Below are positions 49,977-59,931 of a stretch of DNA of 64,000 nt, in pieces. The notes under the pieces are model-generated. The model was given only the letters and a program-made list of their open reading frames with translations, ran no database searches and was not told the DNA's origin. The first letter of the stretch is position 1; each line of letters starts with the position of its first letter. The DNA is from Chloroflexota bacterium (GTDB lineage Bacteria; Chloroflexota; Anaerolineae; Anaerolineales; DRMV01): assembly GCA_011322445.1 (NCBI GenBank), contig DRMV01000033.1:6671-70670 (forward strand), given 5' to 3'. Both the position numbers and the translations under genes were made by a program.

Positions 49977-51086
49977 ATGCTTAGCGGGAAAGGAATGTAT
50001 TTGTGGAAAATCTACCGCTGTGAAAACGGCGACCCGCAGGCCATTGCCAACGTTGCGGCAGAAGCCGGACTTTCACACGTGCTGATCAAAATTGCCGACA
50101 ACGGCGGCATCTACAATTACGACTGGGACAACCATCGCGACTTGGTGCCGCCGCTGGTCAGCGCGCTCAAGGCCAAAGGCATCACGCCCTGGGGATGGCA
50201 CTACATTTACGGCCGCGACCCGGTTGCTGAGGCTCGCACCGCCGCCCGACGCACCCAGCAACTGGGGCTGACGGGCTATGTCATCGACGCCGAGGTAGAA
50301 TTCGAAGCCCCTGGCATGGCCGAAAAAGCCAAGACCTTCATGAACACCCTGCGGCGCGAAATGCCTTCGGGGGTGCTCATTGGCCTGAGTTCCTACCGCT
50401 TCCCCAGTTATCACCCGGCCTTCCCCTGGCGCGAGTTCCTCGACCAGTGTGACTTCAACATGCCGCAGGTCTATTGGATCACCGCCCACAACCCCGGTGC
50501 CCAACTGACCCGCACCGTGCGAGAATTTCGCGCCATGTATCCCAATCAGCCCCTTTTGGCGGCCGGTTCGGCTTACAAATACGGCACCTGGGTGCCTTCG
50601 GCCGCCGAAATTCGGGAATTCCTGCAAACGGCCGTCAACCTGGGCGTGCATGCGGCCAACTTCTGGGAATGGCACCTCACCCGCGATTTGCTCGACCCCA
50701 GCATCTGGAAAGCGATTGCCGACTTCAAGTGGCCCGACAGCCCCCCGCCGGTGCCCCAAGACATCACCGAAAAATTCATCGCTGCTCTCAACACGCGCAA
50801 CGCCGATACCGTCACCAACCTTTACACCGAGCGGGCGGTGCATGTCACCAGTGCCCGCACCGTCACAGGCAAGGCAGCCATCCACTCGTGGTACACCACT
50901 TTCTTCAACAACCTGCTGCCCAATGCCACCTTCCGGCTCACCGGCCACTCAGGCACGGGCAACTCCCGGCATTTCACCTGGGAAGCCACCTCCAGCGCCG
51001 GGCAGGTGCGCAACGGGAACGACGTTTTTGGGCTGCTGGATGGCAAAATCGCCTATCACTACACCTTCTTCACCATCGAACGCTAA
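49977..51086 (+). CDS. Glycoside-hydrolase-like TIM barrel fused to a C-terminal SnoaL/NTF2-like domain
   Basis: VLIK..D, WGWHYIYG, VIDAEVE, MPQVYW; C-terminal F..ALN.RN...LY..AV...GK.AI..WY. Confidence 0.7.
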   Translation: MLSGKGMYLWKIYRCENGDPQAIANVAAEAGLSHVLIKIADNGGIYNYDWDNHRDLVPPLVSALKAKGITPWGWHYIYGRDPVAEARTAARRTQQLGLTGYVIDAEVEFEAPGMAEKAKTFMNTLRREMPSGVLIGLSSYRFPSYHPAFPWREFLDQCDFNMPQVYWITAHNPGAQLTRTVREFRAMYPNQPLLAAGSAYKYGTWVPSAAEIREFLQTAVNLGVHAANFWEWHLTRDLLDPSIWKAIADFKWPDSPPPVPQDITEKFIAALNTRNADTVTNLYTERAVHVTSARTVTGKAAIHSWYTTFFNNLLPNATFRLTGHSGTGNSRHFTWEATSSAGQVRNGNDVFGLLDGKIAYHYTFFTIER

Positions 51087-51111
51087 AAAGCACCCTCGCG
51101 AGCAACAAATC

Positions 51112-51146
51112 AAAAAGCCTGGCGGCTGGTAACCGCCAGGCTTTTT
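51112..51146. terminator. Bidirectional terminator
   Basis: AAAAAGCCTGGCGG-CTGGTAA-CCGCCAGGCTTTTT. Confidence 0.85.
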
Positions 51147-51176
51147 CTTTGCCTTGGGCTTGGGGCTTCTAAGCCT

Positions 51177-52316
51177 TTATTTGACAATGGTGATGCTCAC
51201 CTTGCCGTCTTGCGAAGCCACCATCAGCATGTGCATCTTTCCCTGGGGATCAGTCACCTGCAAAGTCCAACCGTTCTGGTCGTCGCCCACTTTGGTGGTC
51301 ACTTTATAGCCCTGCCGGGCAAAGGTCTGATCGAAGAATTGCATCACCTGGGCCACCGTCATGTCAGGCACCGTGTAAATGCTCGACGTGCCCATCTGCA
51401 TTTCCAGCGTGGCACCCGGCGGCAGCGGAACAGGCGCTTTGGCGCCTGCCGCGCCAGGCGGCGGGGTAATTTGAATATTGCCATTGAGGTTGGAAAGCGT
51501 GGTGGTAATGGTCACTTCCACGGGGACTTGCTGGCCGTTCTGTTCCACCTGGCCTTCCACCCGATAAAAAGCACTCACCATCGTGCCATCTTGCAACACG
51601 CTCACCTCGCCTTGCACCTTCGTCACCCGGGCGTTGGTCGCGCCGCTCAATTGCGGAATTTCCATCAACAGCCCTTGCCAGTCCTGCTTCATGGCTGCTA
51701 AATCTTGCGAAGCGTTGTAGGTATAGCGGTAGACCTTCATCCCTTCCACCGTGCCCGTCCCGTTGGCCTTCCAATGAGCAGGATCGGCCAGTTCCGAGTC
51801 CATGGCATCCGTCACCAACGCTTCAGGGTTGTCGAAGTTTTGCGAGGCCGGCACAGAAATCCATTCATTGCCGGAGCGATACCACGTCGTGCCGCCGACC
51901 GACACCGTTTCCATAACCGGCTGGCCGTTCTGAACAATCACCTGCCGCGAAGCCTGACCGCGGACGTAATCGGTTTCAATCTTGTAAAGGTCATACGCTT
52001 TCCCTGCCGCTTTGACGTGAACGACCATTTCCTGGTGAAAACTCTTCAAAATCGTGCTTTCTTCAGGCGAAAGCCAGTTCATCGCGTTGGCCTGCCCACC
52101 CCCGCCATTCTGCTGACCAGGCGCTTCCTGCGTCATTATTTGGGCACCCTGGGTCATCGCCGCCTCCACGGTCGGGCCTACCTGACTCGCCAGGGCCTGC
52201 GCGGTGGGCGCCAGTTCCCCAGCCTTTTTGGCAAAATCGAGCACCGACGAAAGGCTACAGGCCAACAACAGCATGGCTGCAAACAACGAAACCGCTAAAA
52301 CCTTCCTGCGCATCAT
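51177..52316 (-). CDS. Lipoprotein, possible LppX/LprG (LolA-like) fold plus small C-terminal domain
   Basis: Lipobox LLLAC; beta-rich VGGTTWYR...W, GTVEG..VYRY, SNLNG.IQITPP. Confidence 0.7.
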   Translation of the reverse strand: MMRRKVLAVSLFAAMLLLACSLSSVLDFAKKAGELAPTAQALASQVGPTVEAAMTQGAQIMTQEAPGQQNGGGGQANAMNWLSPEESTILKSFHQEMVVHVKAAGKAYDLYKIETDYVRGQASRQVIVQNGQPVMETVSVGGTTWYRSGNEWISVPASQNFDNPEALVTDAMDSELADPAHWKANGTGTVEGMKVYRYTYNASQDLAAMKQDWQGLLMEIPQLSGATNARVTKVQGEVSVLQDGTMVSAFYRVEGQVEQNGQQVPVEVTITTTLSNLNGNIQITPPPGAAGAKAPVPLPPGATLEMQMGTSSIYTVPDMTVAQVMQFFDQTFARQGYKVTTKVGDDQNGWTLQVTDPQGKMHMLMVASQDGKVSITIVK

Positions 52317-52458
52317 TTACCTCCTCAACAAAGAATGCCTGGGAAATGGCTTCAATGGAACTCCAATGCCCCCGAGCATAAGGTGGGCCTTCCCAACCAT
52401 AAGGAAAACCCCGCACTTTCAGGCCTTATTGTACCGCACAACCGTTTCAAGACACAAA

Positions 52459-52488
52459 AACCTGCCGTCCTCCCCAGAACGGCAGGTT
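52459..52488 (-). terminator. Terminator downstream of tRNA-Thr
   Basis: AACCTGCCGT-10nt-ACGGCAGGTT, T run on the minus strand. Confidence 0.7.
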
Positions 52489-52497
52489 ATGGGCCTG

Positions 52498-52570
52498 AGC
52501 CACCGACGGGACTTGAACCCGTGACCGTCCGCTTACGAGGCGGATGCTCTTCCGACTGAGCTACGGTGGC
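52498..52570 (-). tRNA. tRNA-Thr(CGT), CCA not encoded
   Basis: GCCACCGTAGCTCAGTCGGAAGAGCA-TCCGC-CTCGTAA-GCGGA-CGGTCACGGGTTCAAGTCCCGTCGGTGGCT cloverleaf; TATAAT at 52580-52585. Confidence 0.96.
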
Positions 52571-52646
52571 ACCGCCGCAATTATACCCGAGAACCCCAAA
52601 ATTTTGGGAGGATTTCGGAAAAACCGGCCCAACCGCCTCGCGCCAC

Positions 52647-52676
52647 TTGACACCCGCTTTTGGCCTGTGGTATGCT
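52647..52676 (+). promoter_or_regulatory. Putative sigma70 promoter of the dprA operon
   Basis: TTGACA-18nt-TATGCT with extended TG. Confidence 0.55.
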
Positions 52677-52740
52677 CAACGCCGCTTCGGCTGGGAGAGG
52701 TGTATTAAGGAAGAAGTTCACTCGCATAAGGGTAGCAGCG

Positions 52741-53829
52741 GTGGAACTCGAAGAACGCCTCGCGTGGATTGGGCTCAGCATGGTCAAAGGCATTGGGCCG
52801 GTGCGCTTTCGCCGCCTGGTGAACCATTTTGGCAACGCCCGCGCCGCCCTGGAAGCCACCCCCGCCGCGCTGGAAGCCGCGGGGTTGCCCCCGACCGTCA
52901 CCCGCGCCCTGCTCCATCTGCGGCATAACCTCGACCTCCCTCGCCTGTGGGAAAGATGGCGTCAGCAAGACATTGACGTGCTCATCTGGGAAGACGCCGC
53001 CTACCCCCACCGGCTGAAACAAACCGAACACGCGCCGCCGGTGCTGTATGTGCGAGGACGCCTCACGCCCGAAGACGACTGGGCCATCGCCGTGGTGGGC
53101 ACCCGCAAAATGAGCGCTTATGGGCGGCAGGTCGCCGAAGAAGTGGCAGGGCTTCTGGCCTCACACGGGGTGACGGTAGTGAGCGGGCTGGCCCGCGGCA
53201 TTGACGGCGCAGCCCACCGCAGCGCCCTGCGGCACAACGGTCGCACCGTGGCCGTGCTTGGAAGCGGCGTCGACACCATTTACCCGCCGGAGCACCGCCA
53301 TCTGGCAGCCCAAATCGTTGCCCACGGCGCGCTGCTGAGCGAATATCCGCCGGGCACGCGCGCCGAAGCCCTCAACTTCCCGCCCCGCAACCGCATCATC
53401 GCGGGGCTGAGCATCGCCACCGTGGTGGTGGAAGCCGGACGCAAGAGCGGGGCACTCATCACCGCAGCCTTTGCAGCCGACCAGGGGCGCGACGTTTTCG
53501 CCGTGCCGGGCAGCATTTACGCCGAGCAAAGCCGGGGCACCAACTGGCTGCTGGCACAAGGGGCGCGGCCGCTTACCGCCGCCGAAGACGTCCTGGAAGC
53601 CCTTGACCTCGGCCTGCTCCCCCAACGGCAATCGGCGCGCCGCACCTTACCCACCACGCCCGAAGAAGAGCGCCTGTTAGCCACCCTCGGCAACACGCCC
53701 CTCCATGTGGACGAGATTAGCGCCCAATTGGGGTTGCCGGTAAGCGAGGTCACGGCAACCCTCACCCTCATGGAACTCAAAGGGCTGGTGCAAGCCGTCG
53801 GTGGGATGCAATATGTCATTGCCCGATAA
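52741..53829 (+). CDS. dprA: DNA-processing protein DprA/Smf
   Basis: AVVGTR, VSGLARGIDGAAH, FPPRNRII, SGALITA, VFAVPG, C-terminal wHTH LMELKG. Confidence 0.95.
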   Translation: MELEERLAWIGLSMVKGIGPVRFRRLVNHFGNARAALEATPAALEAAGLPPTVTRALLHLRHNLDLPRLWERWRQQDIDVLIWEDAAYPHRLKQTEHAPPVLYVRGRLTPEDDWAIAVVGTRKMSAYGRQVAEEVAGLLASHGVTVVSGLARGIDGAAHRSALRHNGRTVAVLGSGVDTIYPPEHRHLAAQIVAHGALLSEYPPGTRAEALNFPPRNRIIAGLSIATVVVEAGRKSGALITAAFAADQGRDVFAVPGSIYAEQSRGTNWLLAQGARPLTAAEDVLEALDLGLLPQRQSARRTLPTTPEEERLLATLGNTPLHVDEISAQLGLPVSEVTATLTLMELKGLVQAVGGMQYVIAR

Positions 53830-53839
53830 CGGAGGCGTT

Positions 53840-54937
53840 ATGCAACCCCATTACCACGCCGTCATCATGGCCGGCGGCAGCGGCACCCGGCTGTGGCCGC
53901 TTTCCCGCCGCCAGCACCCCAAACACCTCCTCGCTCTGCTGGAATCGAGCACGCTTTTCCAGAGCACCGTCGCTCGCCTGCAAGGGGCCTTCCCCGTCGA
54001 GCGGGTATGGGTCGTGACCGTGCGCGAGCAGGCACAAGCCCTGCAAGCCCAGGCCCCGGCCATCCCCCCGCAGAATTACCTGCCGGAACCCGCGCCGCGC
54101 GGCACCGCCTCGGTGGTGGGCCTGGCCGCGGTGGCCCTGCGCTATCGCGACCCCGAAGCCGTTATGGCCGTGCTGCCTTCCGACCACTACATTCGCCATG
54201 TAGCCCTCTTCCATCGGCTGCTGGGAGCCGCCTACCTCCTGGCCCAGGAAGGCTTCCTGGTCACGCTGGGCATCACCCCAACCTACCCCGCCACGGGCTA
54301 CGGCTACATTCAGCGGGGCGAAGCGTTGGGCATTTACAACGACCTGAAGGCCTATCGCGTGCGCCGCTTCAAGGAAAAGCCCGACCAGGCCACCGCCCGA
54401 CAAATGCTGGCCGAGGGCGGGCATTCGTGGAATTCCGGCATGTTCGTATGGCGCGCCGATGCCATCCTTGCAGAAATCCGCCGCCAGATGCCCGACCTGG
54501 CCGCCGCGCTGGACGAAATCGCCGCGGCCTGGGGCACGCCTCAACAGGAAGCCGTGCTGACACGCATCTGGCCCGGCCTGCGCACCGAAACCGTCGACTA
54601 CGGCGTGATGGAAGGCGCCGAACAGGTCGCCGTCATTCCCGCCCAGGGGCTGGGCTGGAGCGACGTGGGCAGTTGGGAATCGCTTTTCGACATCCTCCCC
54701 GCCGACGCCGACGGCAACATCCTGCGTGGCGGCGAGCACATCAGCATCGACGCCCGCGATAACCTGGTGTTCGTACAAAACGGCCAGCACCGCAAACTGG
54801 TGGCCGTGCTGGGGGTGGAAAACGTCGTGGTCGTAGATACGGAAGATGCGCTGCTGGTGTGTTCCCGCGACCAATCGCAGCGCGTAAAAGAAATTGTGCA
54901 ACAGTTGAAGGCAGAAGGGAAAAACGAGTATTTGTAG
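53840..54937 (+). CDS. manC: Mannose-1-phosphate guanylyltransferase
   Basis: MAGGSGTRLWPLSR..PK, PSDH, TGYGYI, FKEKP, WNSGMF, WSDVGSW. Confidence 0.92.
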   Translation: MQPHYHAVIMAGGSGTRLWPLSRRQHPKHLLALLESSTLFQSTVARLQGAFPVERVWVVTVREQAQALQAQAPAIPPQNYLPEPAPRGTASVVGLAAVALRYRDPEAVMAVLPSDHYIRHVALFHRLLGAAYLLAQEGFLVTLGITPTYPATGYGYIQRGEALGIYNDLKAYRVRRFKEKPDQATARQMLAEGGHSWNSGMFVWRADAILAEIRRQMPDLAAALDEIAAAWGTPQQEAVLTRIWPGLRTETVDYGVMEGAEQVAVIPAQGLGWSDVGSWESLFDILPADADGNILRGGEHISIDARDNLVFVQNGQHRKLVAVLGVENVVVVDTEDALLVCSRDQSQRVKEIVQQLKAEGKNEYL

Positions 54938-55011
54938 CGCAAAAACACAAAAAGGCCAACGCCGCGCCGTGTGAACACGATGCACGCCACATCACACACC
55001 GGAGAATGTTC

Positions 55012-55668
55012 ATGCCAAAATTTGTCAAAACAGAGCGAAACCGCATCAGGCGCCGCCCTGACCGCGGGCGCTACGACAAAGCCACGATTTACAAAATCAT
55101 CGATGAAGCCATGTTCTGCCATATCGGCTTTGTGCAAGGCGGGCGGCCCTTCGTCATTCCCGCACTCCACGCCCGCCGCGGGGATGAACTTCTGATTCAC
55201 GGCGCGCCGGCAAGTCGCCTGCTCAAACACATCCAGGCAGGTCATGAGGTCAGCATCAGCATGGCGATCCTCGACGCCATCGTTGTGGCGAAAACCGCCT
55301 TCAACCAATCGGTCAACTACCGCTCGGTGGTTTTGTTTGGCAAAGGCCGGCTGATAGATGACGAGCAAGAGAAACTGGAAGCCCTGCAATATTTCACCGA
55401 CCGGCTGATTCCCGGACAATGGGATTACATTCGCAAACCCACCCCGGCTGAACTCAACGCCACGGCCATTGTAACTGTTGCCATCGAGGAAGCCTCGGCC
55501 AAAATCAGAAAAGCCCCGCCCGGCGACGATGGCGAAGACCGCGACCTGCCCCTCTGGGCAGGCCTGTTGCCGGTCAGGCAGGTGATCGAATTCCCCACCA
55601 AAGCAGATTACACCGACGCGAACATTCCCGTGCCTGACCACATCCTGCAGAAAGTCACCTCGAAATAG
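55012..55668 (+). CDS. Pyridoxamine 5'-phosphate oxidase-like flavin-binding protein
   Basis: R.RR...RG.YD, PFVIP, HG...SR, SVNYRSVV.FG, SAKIR..PP.D, WAG. Confidence 0.85.
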   Translation: MPKFVKTERNRIRRRPDRGRYDKATIYKIIDEAMFCHIGFVQGGRPFVIPALHARRGDELLIHGAPASRLLKHIQAGHEVSISMAILDAIVVAKTAFNQSVNYRSVVLFGKGRLIDDEQEKLEALQYFTDRLIPGQWDYIRKPTPAELNATAIVTVAIEEASAKIRKAPPGDDGEDRDLPLWAGLLPVRQVIEFPTKADYTDANIPVPDHILQKVTSK

Positions 55669-55710
55669 CGGGTTGGTTCACACCCCTATGCGTATTCCCC
55701 GGAGGATTTC

Positions 55711-58056
55711 GTGGAAGCCTACTGCGTCAAATGCAAAACCAAACGAGAAATGAAAGACCCCAAGCCGGTGTTTACCGCTTCAGGCACACCGGCCACCGAA
55801 GGCGTGTGCCCGGTTTGCGGCACCAAAATGTTCCGCATGGGGCGCACACCGGCCCATGAAGGTCTCACCCCGCCCCCTGCCAGCCAGCGCAAGCGCAAAA
55901 AGAAAAAGAGCGTCAAGCGCAAGGGCAAACTGGTCATCGTCGAATCTCCCGCCAAAGCCCGCACCGTGGGGCGCTTTTTGGGCAAAGGCTACACCGTGAA
56001 AGCGTCGGTGGGGCACGTCCGTGACCTGTTGCGCTCCCAGCTCTCAGTGGACGTGGAAAACGACTTCAAGCCCAAATATCGCGTGCCCAATGAAAAGCGC
56101 AAAGTAGTCAAAGAACTCAAAGCCCTGGCCGAGCGCGCAGAGGAAATCTACCTCGCCACCGACCCCGACCGCGAAGGCGAGGCCATCGCGTGGCACCTGA
56201 TGGAAGCCACCGGCATGGAGCCGGAACGTACCAAACGCGTGGTCTTTCACGAAATCACCAAACCGGCCATCGAAGAAGCCTTCAGCCATCCCCGCGGCCT
56301 CAACATGGCGCTGGTGGATGCCCAGCAAGCCCGTCGAGTGCTCGACCGGCTGGTGGGTTATACGCTGAGCCCCATTTTATGGCGCAAGGTGCGGGGGCGA
56401 CTTTCCGCCGGGCGGGTGCAATCGGTCGCGTTGCGCATGGTGGTCGAGCGCGAGCGCGAAATTGAAAACTTCACCCCCGAAGAATACTGGACCATCGACG
56501 CGGAATTCCTGCCTGAAGGGCTGAAAAAAAGTTTCACCGCCCGCCTGAGCAAAATCGACGGCAAAGACCCCGTGCTGCCCAACGAAGCCGAAACCCAGGC
56601 CATCGTTACCGACATGCAAACCGCCGCCTACACCGTCACGACGGTCAAACGCGGGCAACGCAAACGCCGCCCCAGCGCCCCCTTCACCACCAGCACCATG
56701 CAACAGGAAGCCTCGCGGCGGCTCGGCTTCACCGCCCGCCGCACCATGGCCGTGGCGCAGCAGCTTTACGAAGGCGTCGACGTCGGCAACGGCGGCAGCA
56801 CGGGCCTGATCACCTACATGCGCACCGATTCCACCAACATCTCGCCCGTGGCCCAAAAAGAGGCACGTGCTTACATCGGCGAGCGCTTTGGCAAAGAATT
56901 CGTGCCCGCCAAGCCGCCCTTCTACCGCACTCGCGCCCAGCGGGCCCAGGAAGCCCACGAAGCCATCCGCCCTACGTCGGTGCTGCGCACCCCCGAAAAG
57001 GTCAAACAGTACCTCAGCCGTGACCAATACCGCCTCTATCGCCTGATTTGGCAGCGGTTCGTGGCTTCCCAAATGGAAGCCGCGGTGTACGACACGCTTT
57101 CGGTGCAAATCGAGGGCAAAAGCAATTCCCACACCTATCGCCTGCGGGCTTCCGGCTCGTCGGTGCGCTTTCCCGGCTTCCTGGTGCTTTACGAAGAAGC
57201 CAGAGACGAGGATAGCAAAGAGGAAACCAACATCGCCATTCCGAAAGAAATTACGGAAGGGCAGGCGCTGAAACTCCTCAAACTCACGCCCGAACAACAC
57301 TTCACCCAGCCGCCGCCCCGCTACACCGAGGCCACTCTGGTGCGCACCCTGGAAGAAAACGGCATTGGGCGGCCTTCCACTTACGCGCCGATCCTCTCCA
57401 CGCTGCAACAGCGCGGGTACGTCAAACGGGAAAACAAACGCTTAGTGCCTACCGAAACCGGGAAACTGGTCAACGACCTGCTGGTGGAACACTTCCCCGA
57501 CGTGATGGACGTGGGCTTCACCGCCCAAATGGAAGAAAAACTCGACCAAGTGGCAGCAGGCAAAACCGAATGGGTGGATGTGGTGCGCGAATTCTACCTG
57601 CCGTTTTCCAAAGAGGTGGAAGCCGCGGAAAAGGCCATTCCGGAAATGAAGCAAGAGCCCGAGCCGATTGGCCGTAAATGCCCGAAATGCGGCAATGAAC
57701 TGGTCATCCGCTGGGGACGCTACGGCAAATTCATCGGCTGCTCCAACTTCCCCGAATGCCGCTACACCGAGCCGTGGCTGGAAAAAATCGGCGTGAAGTG
57801 CCCCAAATGCGGTGGTGACATCGTGGAACGGCGCACCCGCCGCGGGCGCGTTTTCTATGGCTGTGCCAACTACCCCGAATGCGACTTCACCTCGTGGAAA
57901 CGCCCCCTGCCGACCCCTTGCCCGGCATGCGGTGGCCTGTTGGTAGTGGCAAACAAATCCACCGCCCAATGTACCGCCTGTGGGGCGAATTTTCCCCTCG
58001 ACGAAGTGACGCCCAGCGAGAAACCGGAAGAAAAAGAGAGCGCCCAACCGGCCTGA
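55711..58056 (+). CDS. topA: DNA topoisomerase I with N-terminal DUF5679-like zinc ribbon and C-terminal C4 zinc fingers
   Basis: LVIVESPAKA, ATDPDREGE, SAGRVQS, ITYMRTDS, AHEAIRPT, GIGRPSTY. Confidence 0.96.
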   Translation: MEAYCVKCKTKREMKDPKPVFTASGTPATEGVCPVCGTKMFRMGRTPAHEGLTPPPASQRKRKKKKSVKRKGKLVIVESPAKARTVGRFLGKGYTVKASVGHVRDLLRSQLSVDVENDFKPKYRVPNEKRKVVKELKALAERAEEIYLATDPDREGEAIAWHLMEATGMEPERTKRVVFHEITKPAIEEAFSHPRGLNMALVDAQQARRVLDRLVGYTLSPILWRKVRGRLSAGRVQSVALRMVVEREREIENFTPEEYWTIDAEFLPEGLKKSFTARLSKIDGKDPVLPNEAETQAIVTDMQTAAYTVTTVKRGQRKRRPSAPFTTSTMQQEASRRLGFTARRTMAVAQQLYEGVDVGNGGSTGLITYMRTDSTNISPVAQKEARAYIGERFGKEFVPAKPPFYRTRAQRAQEAHEAIRPTSVLRTPEKVKQYLSRDQYRLYRLIWQRFVASQMEAAVYDTLSVQIEGKSNSHTYRLRASGSSVRFPGFLVLYEEARDEDSKEETNIAIPKEITEGQALKLLKLTPEQHFTQPPPRYTEATLVRTLEENGIGRPSTYAPILSTLQQRGYVKRENKRLVPTETGKLVNDLLVEHFPDVMDVGFTAQMEEKLDQVAAGKTEWVDVVREFYLPFSKEVEAAEKAIPEMKQEPEPIGRKCPKCGNELVIRWGRYGKFIGCSNFPECRYTEPWLEKIGVKCPKCGGDIVERRTRRGRVFYGCANYPECDFTSWKRPLPTPCPACGGLLVVANKSTAQCTACGANFPLDEVTPSEKPEEKESAQPA

Positions 58057-58207
58057 GGCCCGAATGGCATGCCTCTTGCACCCATCAAAACACCTTATCA
58101 ACCGACCCGGTTGCGTTTTCCTTCATGTTGGGCTACAATGGAAACACCCACAGCATGGGGAAAGCCATTTTGAACGATGCATCGCGTGAATCTGAGGAGT
58201 GGTGCCG

Positions 58208-59353
58208 ATGGAAAACAAAGCAGTTAGCAAAACCCCCGACAACAATACCTTGCTCCTGGCAGGCGTAGGCGGTGCGGCCTTCATCGTTGGTCTGCTCATT
58301 GGGCTGGTCGTGTTGGGCTGGTGGTTGTGGCCGGTCAAATGGATCAACGCTGCACCGCAGCACCTCAGCCCTGAGTATCAGCGCGAATATCTCCAAATGG
58401 CCATCGAGGCTTACGCCTTTACGGGAGACGCGCAGGCAGCCAAAGCGCGCTTTGACGCTCTGGGCGAAAAAGGCCCAGCCCTGCTGGAAGAGATGGCCAA
58501 AAAGCCCCCCAAAGCCATCAACATCTACACCATCAGCAGTTTTGCCGACGTGGTTGGTGTCAAACTCACAGGGCTGCCAGCAGAAGTCCAGCCGCCGCAA
58601 CAACCCACAGCCGAGACCTCGCCTCAAACCACCCCACAGGCAGGCGGCGGACAGGCAGGCACGCCCACAGCGCTCAACCAGCTCCAGCTCACCCTCACCC
58701 CGCCCCCCCTCGAAACGCCAGCGCGCAAAAGCGCCACGTTCCGCTTGGTGGCTTTCCTGTGCGGCATAGGGCTGTTCGCCCTCATTCTGGCAGCATTGTT
58801 GTTCTACTTCTTCTCCCTGCGCCGTGGCAAGGCCCCCAAAGCGCCCATCACAGCGGCCCAGCGCGCCCAGGCCATGACCCAAAGCACCCAGGGCACCGAT
58901 TTTGAAGCCGAAGGGAAAGAGGCGCCACTCTCCCAATTCATGACCACCTACGTCCACGGCGACGACCTGTTCGACGATTCGTTCAGCATTGATTCCCCCA
59001 CAGGGGAATTCCTGGGCGAGTGCGGCGTGGGCATTACCGAAACCATTGGCGTTGGCGAACCCAAGCGGGTGATGGCCTTCGAAATCTGGATTTTCGACAA
59101 AAACGACATCCAGACGGTGACCAAGGTGTTGATGAGCGAGCACGCCTACAACGACGAGGCCATTCGCGAACGCCTGGCCGCCAAAGGCGAGCCCGTGCTC
59201 GCCCGCCCCGGCGAGGAAATTGTGCTCGAAACCGCCAAACTGCAAATGCGCGCCCGGGTCGTGGATATGGCCTACGGCAACGATGCACTACCCGCCAACA
59301 GTTACTTCGACCGGCTGACGCTCGAACTGGCCGTGTGGCCGAAAGAAGGTTAA
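58208..59353 (+). CDS. Hypothetical two-TM protein with a cytoplasmic beta-sandwich-like C-terminal domain
   Basis: GAGGAG RBS; TM, helical domain, Pro/Thr/Gln linker, TM, acidic YVHGDDLFDDSFSIDS..GEFLGECGVG. Confidence 0.8.
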   Translation: MENKAVSKTPDNNTLLLAGVGGAAFIVGLLIGLVVLGWWLWPVKWINAAPQHLSPEYQREYLQMAIEAYAFTGDAQAAKARFDALGEKGPALLEEMAKKPPKAINIYTISSFADVVGVKLTGLPAEVQPPQQPTAETSPQTTPQAGGGQAGTPTALNQLQLTLTPPPLETPARKSATFRLVAFLCGIGLFALILAALLFYFFSLRRGKAPKAPITAAQRAQAMTQSTQGTDFEAEGKEAPLSQFMTTYVHGDDLFDDSFSIDSPTGEFLGECGVGITETIGVGEPKRVMAFEIWIFDKNDIQTVTKVLMSEHAYNDEAIRERLAAKGEPVLARPGEEIVLETAKLQMRARVVDMAYGNDALPANSYFDRLTLELAVWPKEG

Positions 59354-59374
59354 TCCTCCTCATCAGAACAAAAA

Positions 59375-59404
59375 ACGAGGCCGCTTCTTATCAAGCGGCC
59401 TCGT
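59375..59404. terminator. Terminator between convergent genes
   Basis: ACGAGGCCGCTT...AAGCGGCCTCGT with an A run on the left side. Confidence 0.75.
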
Positions 59405-59434
59405 GGCACGTCTACGCTTGTGCATCCCGCGGGT

Positions 59435-59905
59435 TCAATAGGCAATTTCCAGAACCTTGAAGCGGATTTCGCCCCCGGGGGTTTTGACGACCACCTCATC
59501 GCCCACTTTTTTCCCTAACAGGGCGCGGCCAATCGGCGATTCGTGGGAGATCTTCCCGTCGCGCGGGTTGGCCTCCGCCGGGCCGACGATGTGGTAAGTT
59601 TCCGGCGGCTCGTTGCCTTCCTGAATGGTCACTTTGGCACCCATATCGACCACGTCTTTGTGGCCGTTGTCTTCAATGATGATGGCCTGCCGCAGCAAAG
59701 CCTCGATTTCCTGAATGCGGCCTTCCAGGAAGCCCTGCTCCTCTTTCGCGGCAATGTAATCCGCATTCTCGGAAAGGTCGCCCATTTGAATGGCTTCCCG
59801 CAAACGCTTTGCCAGTTCGGTGCGTTTGGTGGTCTTGAGGAATTCCAGTTCCTCCCGCAGGCGCTGAGCGCCTTCCGGGGTCAGGTAATGTTGCCGGTCG
59901 TTCAT
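59435..59905 (-). CDS. greA: Transcription elongation factor GreA
   Basis: GDLSENADY.AAKEEQ, ISHESPIGRALLGK. Confidence 0.96.
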   Translation of the reverse strand: MNDRQHYLTPEGAQRLREELEFLKTTKRTELAKRLREAIQMGDLSENADYIAAKEEQGFLEGRIQEIEALLRQAIIIEDNGHKDVVDMGAKVTIQEGNEPPETYHIVGPAEANPRDGKISHESPIGRALLGKKVGDEVVVKTPGGEIRFKVLEIAY

Positions 59906-59931
59906 GAGATGCCTACCTCCGTGTTTGAGTC

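Noticed and set aside
52498..52570. tRNA as an integration site of a genomic island
   Set aside because: No duplicated tRNA 3' end or integrase seen in the window
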